DNA from: Alphaproteobacteria bacterium
GTDB taxonomy: Bacteria > Pseudomonadota > Alphaproteobacteria > UBA828
Length of the DNA: 64,000 nucleotides
Assembly: GCA_965220745.1 (NCBI GenBank)
Contig: CBDCQT010000012.1
Coordinates: forward strand, 448,001-512,000
Direction of reading: 5' to 3'
A model generated the notes under the pieces. That model ran no database searches. It saw only the letters and a program-made list of their open reading frames with translations, and was not told the origin of the DNA. Both the position numbers and the translations under genes were made by a program. Shown here one piece after another: positions 27,553-40,677 of this stretch (position 1 is the stretch's first letter; every line of letters starts with the position of its first letter).

Positions 27553-29205
27553 ATGGCTGATTGGTACCCGAAGGAGCGGCTGGGCGATCTGCCGGCGGTG
27601 GCGGCCCGGCGCTGGGACGCACGCGAGGCGCTGGTCTGCGACGGCAAGCGCTGGACCTATCAAGACTACGACCGGGAGGTGGACCGCGTCGCCAAGGGGC
27701 TGATGGCGCTCGGAGTCGAGACGGGCGAGCACGTCGCGCTCTGGATGAACAACCGGCCGGAATGGCTCTTTCTCACCTTCGCCATCGCCAAGATCGGTGC
27801 CGTGCTGGTGCCGCTCAACACCCGCTACCGCACCGACGATGTGGCCTACACGGTGCGGCAATCCGACAGCGACACCTGGATCAGCGTCGACCGCTCCGGC
27901 CCGGTCGACTACGCGGCGATGCTGGCCGAGGTGCTGCCGGGGCTGGCGGCGCAGGACCCGCGCGAGGTGGCCATCGAGGACTTCCCGCAGCTCCGCCGTG
28001 TGGTCATCGTCGGCCAGAGCGACATGCCCGGCACGGTGGGCTGGGAGGCGATGCTCGCCGGCGGCGAGGCGGTGAGCGACGCCATGCTCGCCGCCCGTGC
28101 CCAGGCGGTCGATCCCGACGAGCCGGTGATGATCGGCTACACCTCCGGCACCACCGGGCATCCCAAAGGCGTGCTCCACACCCACCTAATGATCCGCAAC
28201 ATGCGCGAGCGAGCCAACCGCATCGGCCTCACCTTCGAGGACGTGATCGTCAACCCGCTGCCGCTCTTCCACATGTACGGCTTCAGCGAGGCCGGGCTGA
28301 TGGCCGTGATCGCGGGCTGCAAGCACGTGCTGCTGGACCGCTTCGACGCCGACGAGTGCATGCGGCTGGTGGAGGCCGAGGGGGCCACAATCACCCACGG
28401 CTTCGATACCCACTACAAGGAATATCTCGATTCCCTGGAGCGAACGCCGCGGGACATCTCCAGCCTGCGCTTCGGCACCTTCCCTTCCGGCATGACCAGC
28501 TCGGCCCGCATCGCGCGGCGGGTGCAGACCGAGATGCTGCCCACCTTCACCGGCTGGGGCATGACCGAGACCTTCACCTTTGCCACCATGTCGTTCGGCA
28601 ACTCGACGCCGGAGCAGCGCTCGGACGCCTCGGGCTTCCCCGCTCCGGGCTTCGAGATCAAGGTCGTGGACCCGGAGACCGGACAGGAGATCGCGGTGGG
28701 CGAGGAAGGCGAGCTGCTGATTCGCGGCTACATGATCACCCAGGGCTACTACAGGAAGCCCGAGGAGACCGCCGAGGCCATCGACGGCGACGGCTGGCTG
28801 CACACCGGCGACACCGTGGTGCTCCGCGCCGACGGGCACATCCGCTTCGTGGGCCGCTTCAAGGACCAGCTCAGGGTCGGCGGAGAGAACGTGTCGCCGG
28901 CGGAGGTCGAGGCCTTCCTCATGGCGCACGAGGCGATCGATCAGGTGGCTGTGGTGGGCTATCCCGATGCGCGGCTCAACGAGGTCGTTGTCGCGTTCGT
29001 CGTCGCCGCGCCGGGCATGACCGTCACCAGCGAGGAAATCGCCGCCTACTGCAAGGGCCGCATCGCGAGCTTCAAGAGCCCGCGTCACGTGTTGAGCGTC
29101 GATGCGTTCCCCATGACCGCGAGCGGCAAGGTGCAGAAGCACAAGCTGCGTGCTCTTGCTCTGGAACGGCTGGGCGACCCGACGGCCGATCAGGCAGCCG
29201 AATAG
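27553..29205 (+). CDS. AMP-binding acyl-CoA synthetase/ligase
   Basis: YTSGTTGHPKG, GWGMTE, GWLHTGD, GGENVSPAEVE, TASGKVQK. Confidence 0.93.
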   Translation: MADWYPKERLGDLPAVAARRWDAREALVCDGKRWTYQDYDREVDRVAKGLMALGVETGEHVALWMNNRPEWLFLTFAIAKIGAVLVPLNTRYRTDDVAYTVRQSDSDTWISVDRSGPVDYAAMLAEVLPGLAAQDPREVAIEDFPQLRRVVIVGQSDMPGTVGWEAMLAGGEAVSDAMLAARAQAVDPDEPVMIGYTSGTTGHPKGVLHTHLMIRNMRERANRIGLTFEDVIVNPLPLFHMYGFSEAGLMAVIAGCKHVLLDRFDADECMRLVEAEGATITHGFDTHYKEYLDSLERTPRDISSLRFGTFPSGMTSSARIARRVQTEMLPTFTGWGMTETFTFATMSFGNSTPEQRSDASGFPAPGFEIKVVDPETGQEIAVGEEGELLIRGYMITQGYYRKPEETAEAIDGDGWLHTGDTVVLRADGHIRFVGRFKDQLRVGGENVSPAEVEAFLMAHEAIDQVAVVGYPDARLNEVVVAFVVAAPGMTVTSEEIAAYCKGRIASFKSPRHVLSVDAFPMTASGKVQKHKLRALALERLGDPTADQAAE

Positions 29206-29223
29206 CCGGCGGCAACCGGGCGC

Positions 29224-31920
<2,697 letters not shown>

Positions 31921-32110
31921 CGGGTTGCTCCTTCTTCCGGCGCGACACGCAGGGCGGCTTCTTGCCGCGTGCGCGCGCCGCCGATAGGCTGGCATCCCCC
32001 AACTTCTAGGCTCGACCGGAGAGGGGTGCAAGATTCCCGGCCCGGCTAGCCCGCATACCTCACCAGAGTCACGCACTGCGCCGCGCGCCGCCTGTTTCGA
32101 GGCGCACGAC

Positions 32111-32758
32111 GTGGCCTGCATCCGCGGCGAGCGTCCGGTCTTCTCCGGAGTCTCGTTGCGCCTCGCCCGTGGCGGGGCGCTGACGCTCGTCGGACCCAAC
32201 GGCGCCGGCAAGTCGAGCCTGATCCGTATCCTTGCCGGCCTGCTGAGGCCGGCCGGCGGCACGCTGACCTGGGAGGGCGCGCCGGTCGATGAGGACTGGG
32301 CCGCTCATCGCCAGCGGGTCCACTACGTAGGCCACCTCGATGCGGTGAAACCCACGCTCACGGCGGCGGAGAACTTGCGCGACTGGGCACGCTTCAGGGG
32401 TGCGTCGCGGGCTACGCCCGGTGCCCTCGAAGCGCTCGGAATCGAGGATTTGGCCGACGTGCCGGGGCGCTTCCTCTCGGCGGGGCAGCGACGGCGACTC
32501 GCACTTGCGCGTCTGGTGGCGGTCCCTGCGCCGCTCTGGCTCCTCGACGAGCCGACGGTGACGCTCGACGCCGACGCATCGGCTCGCGTCGCCGCCATGA
32601 TCGCCGGGCACCGGGCGGATGGAGGCATGGCGATCGTGGCGACGCACGGTGAGATCGCCCTCGACGGTGCTGACCGCCTTGACCTCGGAGATCATTCGGT
32701 CCCCGCCGACATGTTGATGGCCGCAGGCGACGGGGAGTCGGAGGAGGAGCAGTGGTAG
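32111..32758 (+). CDS. ccmA: Heme exporter ATP-binding protein CcmA (start uncertain; similarity extends a few codons upstream)
   Basis: [37 protein letters not shown]; first gene of ccm cluster. Confidence 0.9.
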   Translation: MACIRGERPVFSGVSLRLARGGALTLVGPNGAGKSSLIRILAGLLRPAGGTLTWEGAPVDEDWAAHRQRVHYVGHLDAVKPTLTAAENLRDWARFRGASRATPGALEALGIEDLADVPGRFLSAGQRRRLALARLVAVPAPLWLLDEPTVTLDADASARVAAMIAGHRADGGMAIVATHGEIALDGADRLDLGDHSVPADMLMAAGDGESEEEQW

Positions 32759-33420
32759 GCGTCTTCCTCCGCCTCATCGGTCGCGAGCTCACCCTCGCGG
32801 TGCGAGGCGGCATCGGCACCTTGATGGCAGTGGTCTTCTTCGTCATCGCCGTGACGCTCTTTCCGCTCGGGGTCGGGCCCGAGCTCGGCCTGCTCAGCCG
32901 CATCGCGGCCGGCGCCGTCTGGGTCGCGGCCCTGCTCGCGGCGCTCCTGTCCCTGGATCGCCTGTTCGTCGCCGACCACGAGGACGGCAGCCTCGAGCAG
33001 CTGATGCTCGGCGTGCTGCCGCTTGAGCTCGTCGTGCTGGCCAAGGCCGTGGCGCACTGGCTCACGACCGGACTCCCGCTGGCCGCCGCCGCGCCGGTGC
33101 TCGCGCTCCTCCTGAACATGAGCGTGGACGGGCTGGTCATCCTGATCGTCTCGCTGTTGCTGGGCACGCCGATCCTCAGCCTGATCGGCGCCGTGGGGGC
33201 GGCGCTCACCGTGGGCCTGCGCCGCGGCGGCGCGCTCATCGCGCTTCTGGTCTTGCCGCTCTATGTTCCCGTTCTCATATTCGGCGTGGGCGCGGTGGAA
33301 GGCGCCGTGCTCGATGTCGGCGTGCATGCGAACCTGTCGATTCTGGCGGGCGGGCTCGTGGGCGCTCTGGTGCTGGGACCGCTGGCGGCGGCGGCGGCGC
33401 TGCGCATGACGGTGGAATAG
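32752..33420 (+). CDS. ccmB: Heme exporter protein CcmB
   Basis: FPLGVGP, DHEDGSLEQL, AHWL, LPLYVPVLIFG. Confidence 0.95.
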   Translation: MVGVFLRLIGRELTLAVRGGIGTLMAVVFFVIAVTLFPLGVGPELGLLSRIAAGAVWVAALLAALLSLDRLFVADHEDGSLEQLMLGVLPLELVVLAKAVAHWLTTGLPLAAAAPVLALLLNMSVDGLVILIVSLLLGTPILSLIGAVGAALTVGLRRGGALIALLVLPLYVPVLIFGVGAVEGAVLDVGVHANLSILAGGLVGALVLGPLAAAAALRMTVE

Positions 33421-33442
33421 GTCGGGCAGGTCGAGGCCAGGC

Positions 33443-34216
33443 ATGGCGACACGGACAACGGGCGCGACGAGGCGAGGGAGGGTCGGATGGACCAGCATCC
33501 ACTTCTTTGCCAACCCGGCCCGCTTTCTCCGCGTGGCGCGAGCGGTCTATCCCTGGGCGGCGGGTTCGACGGCGGCGCTGATCGTGGCCGGCCTGGTGCT
33601 CGGCCTCTACGTGGCGCCGCCTGACTATCAGCAGGGCGACGCCTACCGCATCATCTTCGTCCACGTGCCGGCGGCGTGGATGTCGCTCTTCGTCTATGTC
33701 GTGATCGCGCTTTGCAGCGTGGCCAGCCTGGTCTGGCGCCACCCGCTGGCGGACCTGGTGGCAAAGTCGAGTGCGCCTGTCGGCGCAGCCTTCACCTTCA
33801 TCACGCTCTTGAGCGGATCGCTCTGGGGGCAGCCGATGTGGGGCACCTGGTGGGTGTGGGACGCGCGCCTCACCTCGATGCTGATTCTGTTCTTCCTCTA
33901 TCTCGGCTACATCGCGCTGCACTCTGCTTTTGACGATCCGGCCAAGGGCGCCCGCGTCGCCGCGATCCTGGCGCTGGTCGGCGTCGTCAACGTGCCCATC
34001 GTCAAGTTCTCGGTCGACTGGTGGAACACGCTGCACCAGCCCGCGACCATCTCCAAGATCGATGCGCCGTCGATCGACAGCTCCATGATCGCGCCGCTGC
34101 TGCTCATGGCGGCGGGCTTCATGGCCTACTATGTGACGGTGCTAATTCCGCGCGTGCGCGCCGAGATTGCGAGCAGGCGTATCCGAAATTTGCGAATGGC
34201 CCAGGTCTCTCGATAG
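33443..34216 (+). CDS. ccmC: Heme exporter protein CcmC
   Basis: WGQPMWGTWWVWDARLT, HVPAAW, WNTLHQ. Confidence 0.96.
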   Translation: MATRTTGATRRGRVGWTSIHFFANPARFLRVARAVYPWAAGSTAALIVAGLVLGLYVAPPDYQQGDAYRIIFVHVPAAWMSLFVYVVIALCSVASLVWRHPLADLVAKSSAPVGAAFTFITLLSGSLWGQPMWGTWWVWDARLTSMLILFFLYLGYIALHSAFDDPAKGARVAAILALVGVVNVPIVKFSVDWWNTLHQPATISKIDAPSIDSSMIAPLLLMAAGFMAYYVTVLIPRVRAEIASRRIRNLRMAQVSR

Positions 34217-34250
34217 GGCCGCGCGGGTATCAGGTGAGGCGGGTGTCGCG

Positions 34251-35207
34251 CTAGCTTTCGGCGACGGCGCCCAGCTCCAGGTACTTCTCCCGCCGCTGAC
34301 TACGCAGGGACGCACCGTCGAGGCCGCGCAGGTCGACGAACGCTTCCTCCAGCGCCGAACCGGCCCGATCGATCGTGCTTGCCGCATCCCGGTGAGCGCC
34401 GCCCACGGGCTCCGGCACGATGCCGTCGATCACGCCGAGTGCGTGCAGGTCCTCCGCCGTCAGGCGCAACGCCTCCGCCGCCGTCTCCGCATGGGCCGCG
34501 TCACGCCACAGGATCGACGCGCACCCCTCCGGCGAAATCACCGAGTAGATTGCGTGCTCCATCATCAGCACGCGGTTGGCAACGCCCAGAGCGATCGCTC
34601 CGCCGGAGCCGCCCTCGCCGATGATGAGCGCGACCACGGGCACCCTGACATCGAGACAGGCCTCGATGCAGCGCGCGATTGCTTCTGATTGTCCGCGCTC
34701 CTCAGCGCCGACGCCGGGATAGGCGCCCGGCGTGTCGATCAGCGTCAGCACGGGCACCTGAAAGCGCTCCGCCAGCCGCAGCAGGCGCGACGCCTTGCGG
34801 TAACCTTCGGGGTTGGCCATGCCGAAGTTGTGGGCGACCCGGCCCTCGGTATCGGACCCCTTCTCCTGGCCGATGACCATCACGGTGTGGCCCTGGAGGC
34901 GCCCCAGCCCTCCGATCACCGCCCGGTCCTCGCCGAAGGCACGGTCGCCGGCAAGCGGCAAGAAGTCCGTGATGAGGCGCGAGATGTAGTCGGAGCAGTG
35001 GGGCCTGAGCTGATGGCGGGCGACCAGCGTCTTCTGCCATGGAGTGAGGCGGCTGTAGGTCTGCTTGAGCAGTCGGTCGACCTTGCCCTCGAGGCGCGAA
35101 ACCTCGTCGAGCATGTTGACGCCGCTGTCGTCGCTGAGGTGGCGAAGCTCCTGAAGCTTGCCTTCGATCTCCGCGATCGGCTTCTCGAAGTCGAGATAAC
35201 TGTTCAT
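34251..35207 (-). CDS. accA: Acetyl-CoA carboxylase carboxyltransferase alpha subunit
   Basis: [46 protein letters not shown]. Confidence 0.97.
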   Translation of the reverse strand: MNSYLDFEKPIAEIEGKLQELRHLSDDSGVNMLDEVSRLEGKVDRLLKQTYSRLTPWQKTLVARHQLRPHCSDYISRLITDFLPLAGDRAFGEDRAVIGGLGRLQGHTVMVIGQEKGSDTEGRVAHNFGMANPEGYRKASRLLRLAERFQVPVLTLIDTPGAYPGVGAEERGQSEAIARCIEACLDVRVPVVALIIGEGGSGGAIALGVANRVLMMEHAIYSVISPEGCASILWRDAAHAETAAEALRLTAEDLHALGVIDGIVPEPVGGAHRDAASTIDRAGSALEEAFVDLRGLDGASLRSQRREKYLELGAVAES

Positions 35208-35400
35208 CGACTCGCCCACTAACCCGCCTCATGTATAGCACGAGGCAACAATTCGACAATCGGAAGCTCGGATTATCGGCGCCCGTCTCTCGTCGCGACG
35301 GTCGCTCTTGGCAACCAGCCCCCGCTGCTGGCGCCATATGGGGTGCGCACTGGCGACGCGCAACCCGACCCTTGCAGCGCGTGCGAGCGGGGCCGTTGCC

Positions 35401-36687
35401 TCAGGCGTCGCGGCCTCTGGCAGCGCGGGAGCGCGGGATTACCCGGAGCTGGGTGATCTGATTTCGCCTGCGGGCGCGGACCTCAAATGTGAAGCCGTAG
35501 AGCGAGAAGGACTCGCCGATCTCGGGAATCTCCTGCGCCTCGTTCAGCACGAGGCCCGCGATGGTTGCGGCCTCCTCGTCGGGGAGATCCCAGTCGTAAC
35601 GCCGATTGAGATCGCGGATCGCGACGGTTCCCGGAATCAGGAACGAGCCGTCGTCGCTCTCCACCACCTCGCTGAGCGCGACGTCGTGCTCGTCGACGAT
35701 CTCGCCCACGATCTCCTCGATGATGTCCTCCAGGGTCACGAGGCCCATCAGCGAGCCGTATTCGTCGACGATCAGCGCGAAGTGAGCCCGACGCTCGCGG
35801 AACGAGTGGAGTTGCTCGTCGAGCGGCGTGGTCTCGGGCACGAACCAGGGCTCGGTCACGATCGACATGACGTCGAGTCGGTCGAGGTCGGCGAGGTTCG
35901 CATGCATCGCCCGCAGCAGGTCCTTGGCATGCAGGACGCCCACGATGTTGTCCGGCTCGCCCTTCCAGACCGGCAGACGCGTGTGGGGGCTGCGGACGAC
36001 CTGGTCGAGGATGTCGGCGGGCGCCGCGTCGGCGTCGATCATCTCCATGGTCTTGCGGTGAGTCATGACCGCGCCGACTTCGATCTCCTCCAGGTCGAGG
36101 ATGCTGCGGAGCATGTCGCGCTCATGCTTGACCATGGCGCCTTCCTGCGCCTGCAGGGCGATGGTGCCCCGAAGCTCCTCCTCGGCGGCGCTCGCCGTCC
36201 TCGGTCCCTGGGAGGCCCCGGCCGCGCTAAGCGTCGCCGAGACGACCAGCCTTACGGCGCCGACAATGGGGGAGAGCAGCCACACGATGGGGCGCAGCAC
36301 CGGCGCCACCCTGAGTGCCACCCGGTCGGCATCGCGGATCGCGTAGGTCTTCGGCAGCACCTCGGCGAAGACCAGAATGACCAAGGTCATGCCGATCGTC
36401 GCATAAGCCACGCCGGCGTCCCCGACCACCGAAATCAGAACGCTGGTGGCCAGTGCGGAGGCGAGGATGTTGACGGCGTTGTTGCCGAGCAGAATCGCGC
36501 CGATCAGTCGCTCCCGATCGTCGGTGAGCCGCTCGACCGCACGCGCGCGCCTGTCGCCGGCGCCTGCCAGATGGTGCATGCGCGGGCGGGAAGCTGCGGT
36601 CAGGGCCGTCTCAGAGCCTGAGAAAAAGCCCGATAACGCGATCAGCAAGCCGATCGCGCCGATGGTGATGGCAGTCTCGGTCGTCAT
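35401..36687 (-). CDS. HlyC/CorC (CNNM) family transporter
   Basis: FFSGSETA, AEVLPK, CBS pair (VDEYG, TLEDIIEEIVGEI), CorC C-terminus. Confidence 0.93.
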   Translation of the reverse strand: MTTETAITIGAIGLLIALSGFFSGSETALTAASRPRMHHLAGAGDRRARAVERLTDDRERLIGAILLGNNAVNILASALATSVLISVVGDAGVAYATIGMTLVILVFAEVLPKTYAIRDADRVALRVAPVLRPIVWLLSPIVGAVRLVVSATLSAAGASQGPRTASAAEEELRGTIALQAQEGAMVKHERDMLRSILDLEEIEVGAVMTHRKTMEMIDADAAPADILDQVVRSPHTRLPVWKGEPDNIVGVLHAKDLLRAMHANLADLDRLDVMSIVTEPWFVPETTPLDEQLHSFRERRAHFALIVDEYGSLMGLVTLEDIIEEIVGEIVDEHDVALSEVVESDDGSFLIPGTVAIRDLNRRYDWDLPDEEAATIAGLVLNEAQEIPEIGESFSLYGFTFEVRARRRNQITQLRVIPRSRAARGRDA

Positions 36688-36739
36688 GGGTGCGTCGTTG
36701 AGGATTGTGGAGGGATGTAATTCGGAGGCGCCGTGAACT

Positions 36740-37885
36740 TCATTCGCCGAAGGCTTGGTCGAGCAGGGCAGCGAGCGCCTCCGGAGGCACGTCCCGGCTG
36801 AGGAAGGCGTGCCCGATGCCGCGTGTCAGGACGAACGTCATCCGTCCGCCCTGCATCTTCTTGTCATGTTTCATTCGCTCGATCAGTGCGGCTGAGTTCC
36901 ACCCGATCGCGGGAAGGGCGTCTGCCTCGCTGGGCAGCCCGACCGCGCGGAAATGGGCCGCGACCCGCGCGGCGTCATCCTTGCTGCACAGGCCGAGGGC
37001 TGCGGAGAGTCGGTGCGCCAGCACCATGCCATAGGCCACCGCCTCGCCGTGCAGGAGCGATCCGTCGTAGCCGGCCTCCGCCTCCAGGGCATGGGCGAAG
37101 GTGTGTCCCAGATTGAGCAAGGCCCGGCTGCCGCTCTCGCGCTCGTCGGCGGCAACGATGCGGGCCTTGGCCCGGCACGAGTGGGCCACGGCGGTCCGCA
37201 GCACGTCCGGATCGCCGTCGAGGAGCGCCGGACCGTTGGTTTCGAGCCAGGTGAAGAACGCCGGGTCGTCGATGAGGCCGTATTTCACGACCTCGGCATA
37301 GCCTGCCCTGCGCTCCCGCAGCGGCAGCGTGGCCAGCGTCACCACGTCGGCGAGCACCAGGCGCGGCTGGTAGAACGTCCCGATCAGGTTCTTGCCGTGG
37401 GTGCTGTTCACACCGGTCTTGCCGCCGACACCGCTGTCCACTTGGGCAAGGAGCGTTGTCGGGATCTGAACGAAGGGGACGCCGCGCAGCAGGATGCTCG
37501 CGGCGAAGCCGGTGAGGTCGCCCACGACCCCGCCGCCCAGCGCCACCAGCGCGGTCGACCGCTCGATCCCGCGGTCCAGGATGTCGTCCAGCACGCCACC
37601 GAGCGTTGCCAGGTCCTTGCTGCGCTCCCCCGCCTCGACGATCAGGTGGGAGGGCGCGAAGCCGGCCCTCCCCAGGGCGTCGAGCGTCGCGTCGAGATAA
37701 AGCCCTGCCACGACGCGGTCGGTGACCACAACCGCCGAGCGGCCTGCCAGGAGCGGCGCCATGAGCCGTCCCGCCTCGCTGACGAGGCCGGCACCCACCA
37801 CGACATCGTAGCTGCGCGGGCCGAGTTCGACACGCACCGTCTCCCGGTCATGGTCGGTTCGTGGGTCGGGGTCCGCTGTGCTCAC
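36740..37885 (-). CDS. aroB: 3-dehydroquinate synthase
   Basis: GGGVVGDLTGF, PTTLLAQVDS, GGKTG, GKNLIG, LNLGHTFAH, HGEAV. Confidence 0.96.
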   Translation of the reverse strand: MSTADPDPRTDHDRETVRVELGPRSYDVVVGAGLVSEAGRLMAPLLAGRSAVVVTDRVVAGLYLDATLDALGRAGFAPSHLIVEAGERSKDLATLGGVLDDILDRGIERSTALVALGGGVVGDLTGFAASILLRGVPFVQIPTTLLAQVDSGVGGKTGVNSTHGKNLIGTFYQPRLVLADVVTLATLPLRERRAGYAEVVKYGLIDDPAFFTWLETNGPALLDGDPDVLRTAVAHSCRAKARIVAADERESGSRALLNLGHTFAHALEAEAGYDGSLLHGEAVAYGMVLAHRLSAALGLCSKDDAARVAAHFRAVGLPSEADALPAIGWNSAALIERMKHDKKMQGGRMTFVLTRGIGHAFLSRDVPPEALAALLDQAFGE

Positions 37886-37889
37886 CGCG

Positions 37890-38483
37890 TCAGGCCTCGA
37901 CGCTCGCCGATGACGGATCGGGACCCGGCTCTCGCTGCTGTGCCTCGACATGCGCGCCGAGCGCGCCAAGCACCGCCTCCACCGTCTGTTCGTGCGGTCC
38001 GTCCCCGCTTTCCACGACAACGTCGGCCTCGGCATAGATCGGGTGACGCTCGTTCATCAGCCGCTGCAGGATTTCGCGCGGATCGCCGCCGGCCAGCAGC
38101 GGGCGATTGTTGCGCCGCGAGACGCGGGAGACCAGCAAGTCGAGGTCGGCGCGCAGCCACACCGATATGCCGCACGCCCGGATCGCCGTGCGCGTTTCGG
38201 GGTCCATGAACGCCCCGCCGCCCGTCGCCAGAACGTGCGGCGGGCGGGTCAGCAGCCGGGCGATGACCCGCCGCTCGCCGTCGCGGAATGCCGCTTCGCC
38301 GTGTATCTCGAAGATGTCCGAGATCGAGCATCCCGCGGCGCGCTCGATCTCTTCGTCCGCGTCGACGAACGGAATGCCGAGTCGGCTGGCGAGCCGGCGG
38401 CCGATCGCGCTCTTGCCCGCACCCATCAGGCCCACGAGGACGACCGAGCAGTCTATCCGTAGGCACCCCAATTCTGCCGTCAT
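37890..38483 (-). CDS. aroK: Shikimate kinase
   Basis: [33 protein letters not shown]. Confidence 0.95.
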   Translation of the reverse strand: MTAELGCLRIDCSVVLVGLMGAGKSAIGRRLASRLGIPFVDADEEIERAAGCSISDIFEIHGEAAFRDGERRVIARLLTRPPHVLATGGGAFMDPETRTAIRACGISVWLRADLDLLVSRVSRRNNRPLLAGGDPREILQRLMNERHPIYAEADVVVESGDGPHEQTVEAVLGALGAHVEAQQREPGPDPSSASVEA

Positions 38484-38650
38484 CGGCTCAGCGGCACACT
38501 CCGCCCCGCCCGGCCGCGGGTCGTTGAAGCGCCGCGCTCGCGCCGATAGACTGCCACACCATCGCCATAATCCGATTCTAACACACAAGCGTCGAATGCC
38601 TCGCGGCTGATTCAGCGTCGACGCGTGTTCAGGAGTGAAGGCACGTCCCG

Positions 38651-38779
38651 TTGAAAGTCCTCGTCATCATCCTCTTGCTCATCATCGGCGGCGGAATCGG
38701 ATTTCTTTTGACCTGGGATATCCCCCCGCCGCCCGGTCCGGTCGAAAAGGTGCTGTCCAATGATCGCTTCGAGAAGTGA
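38651..38779 (+). CDS. Small 42-aa single-TM membrane protein (not in ORF track)
   Basis: TTG start; [42 protein letters not shown]; stop overlaps GTG of next gene. Confidence 0.7.
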   Translation: MKVLVIILLLIIGGGIGFLLTWDIPPPPGPVEKVLSNDRFEK

Positions 38780-40677
38780 GAGCACCCCCGGTTAGTCGGA
38801 TGTTCCGACTGCCTCTTCGCCGCTCGCGAGTTGGCCGAAAGCCATGGTCCGCGCTTGTCGGCGCATTTCTTCCGGCTGTTCTGCTGCTGATCGCATCCGC
38901 GGGTGAAGGCATCGCTCAGGATTCCGATGAGCCGTTGCGGCTGATCCCGCAGCAGCAGAGCGAGGACGTCGACGAGAGCGGCTCGGAGCCGGGCGAGGAC
39001 GAAGGCGCGTCCCCGAACATCGATTCGGTCGTGGGCGCAGAGGGTACCGCCGCGACCGCTTCGGCCGCTCCCGCATCGGCCGAAGGCGGCATCCGTGTGG
39101 GCGCGCTCGAGGCCATCGATCCTGATGCGGCTGGCATTCCGGTCGAGGGACTCGAGCCGTTTCCTGGCGATCTCTGGTCGGGCTCGCGTCGCTCAAGGAT
39201 CGAAGCCTTGCTGCCGCGCCTGCCCGTCGCGGCGCCTTCCTTCACCATGCGGCGACTCGCGTTGGGGTTGCTCACCTCGCCGTCGCAACCGCCTGCTGGT
39301 GAGGGCGAGGCCGGTGCACTCGCCCTCGTGCGGGCCGAGCGCCTGGTGGCCATGGGTGCGCGCGACGCTGCTCTTGCGCTGCTGGAGAGTGCCGGTCCGG
39401 CCGGGGGTCAGAGTCTCACCGCCCGGATCGAGAACGACCGCCTTCTCGCTGCGTTCGACCTCGACACCGCTTGCGCGCAAATCCTCGGCAAGGCAGGGCG
39501 GGCCGGCGATGGTTATTGGCGCCGCGTGCGCATCCTGTGTCAGGCGCACGCCGGCATGATTGAGGCCGCAACGCTCGGCCTGGAGCTGCTGCTGGAAACC
39601 GATACCGCGTCCGATCAGGTGTTCGACGACACGATCTATGCCATGGCGGGGTTGGCCGAGCCTGTCGTGGATTCGATGGCCGATCCGACTCCCCTGCGCG
39701 TCGCCGCCTGGCGGCTTGCGCAGCTCCCGATCCCGGTGGAAGCGGTGGGGAGAGCAGCGCCCGATGTGCTGCCGGCGATTGTCGTCGCGCCGGAATCCCT
39801 GCCGGGGGCACGGCTGCTGGCGGCGGAGCGCGCGGAGGCGACCGGCACACTCCCCATTGAAGCCCTTCGCGATCTCTATCGAACCATGTCGTTCTCGTCG
39901 GAGGAGCGCGCCGATGCCCTGGCGCAGGTCGAATCGCTGGAACCGCCGCTCGGCCGCGCCTTGATGCTCCAGGCGATCGAGACAGAGACGGCGCCTGCGC
40001 TCAGGGCGGAGCTGCTGGCGGAGGCACTCTTTCTTGCCGAGGCTCAAGGGGCTCACGGAACTGCGGCGCGAGCGTTCGCGCATCTGGTGGGCACGGTGCC
40101 GCCAGCGCCCGCGCACGTCTGGTTCGGCGCGGCGGCCGGGCGAGCTCTCATTGCGGCCGGCGAGCTCGATGCGGCTGCACGCTGGTACGCACTGGCCACG
40201 GACCATGGCTCGCGCAACCCCGAAGCGTTGCGCGCCTCGTTGCGGCTCTGGCCGTTGATGCTTCTGAGCGGCGATGACGATCATCTGACCAAGGCCAAGT
40301 TCGACGCGTGGCTTTCTCTGCGGGCCGACGAGGGCGGGCGGACCGTCGCGGTCGCGCGGGCGAACTGGCTGGCGATTCTGGTCGATGCGCTCGGAGGCCG
40401 CGTAGACCCGCAGGTCTGGGATCGCCTGTTGCTCGACGAGCCACCTGTGGCAGCGCGGGGGCCGGCGCTGGCGCTGGCGAACGGACTGCTGAAGGCGGCC
40501 GAGGGCGGGCAGCTCGGCGAAACCGTCCTGTTGGCGCTGCTGCTGCTCGGCGACGCCGGCCCCGCCGCTGCAGGCATCGCGACCGTCGGGCCCGTGGTCT
40601 CCAGCCTCGTTTCTGCCGACCTGCAGGAGGAGGCGCGGGCGATCGCCCTGGAAGCGGCGCTCGCGGCGGGGCTTTGA
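38776..40677 (+). CDS. Conserved alphaproteobacterial exported helical protein upstream of xerD
   Basis: Signal-like N-terminus, acidic linker, LWSGS motif, GETVLLALL...EARAIALEA end; position before xerD. Confidence 0.75.
   Translation: MRAPPVSRMFRLPLRRSRVGRKPWSALVGAFLPAVLLLIASAGEGIAQDSDEPLRLIPQQQSEDVDESGSEPGEDEGASPNIDSVVGAEGTAATASAAPASAEGGIRVGALEAIDPDAAGIPVEGLEPFPGDLWSGSRRSRIEALLPRLPVAAPSFTMRRLALGLLTSPSQPPAGEGEAGALALVRAERLVAMGARDAALALLESAGPAGGQSLTARIENDRLLAAFDLDTACAQILGKAGRAGDGYWRRVRILCQAHAGMIEAATLGLELLLETDTASDQVFDDTIYAMAGLAEPVVDSMADPTPLRVAAWRLAQLPIPVEAVGRAAPDVLPAIVVAPESLPGARLLAAERAEATGTLPIEALRDLYRTMSFSSEERADALAQVESLEPPLGRALMLQAIETETAPALRAELLAEALFLAEAQGAHGTAARAFAHLVGTVPPAPAHVWFGAAAGRALIAAGELDAAARWYALATDHGSRNPEALRASLRLWPLMLLSGDDDHLTKAKFDAWLSLRADEGGRTVAVARANWLAILVDALGGRVDPQVWDRLLLDEPPVAARGPALALANGLLKAAEGGQLGETVLLALLLLGDAGPAAAGIATVGPVVSSLVSADLQEEARAIALEAALAAGL

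Noticed and set aside
34216-34251. ccmD/ccmG missing after ccmC
   Set aside because: ccm genes are often split across loci; loss cannot be judged from this window.
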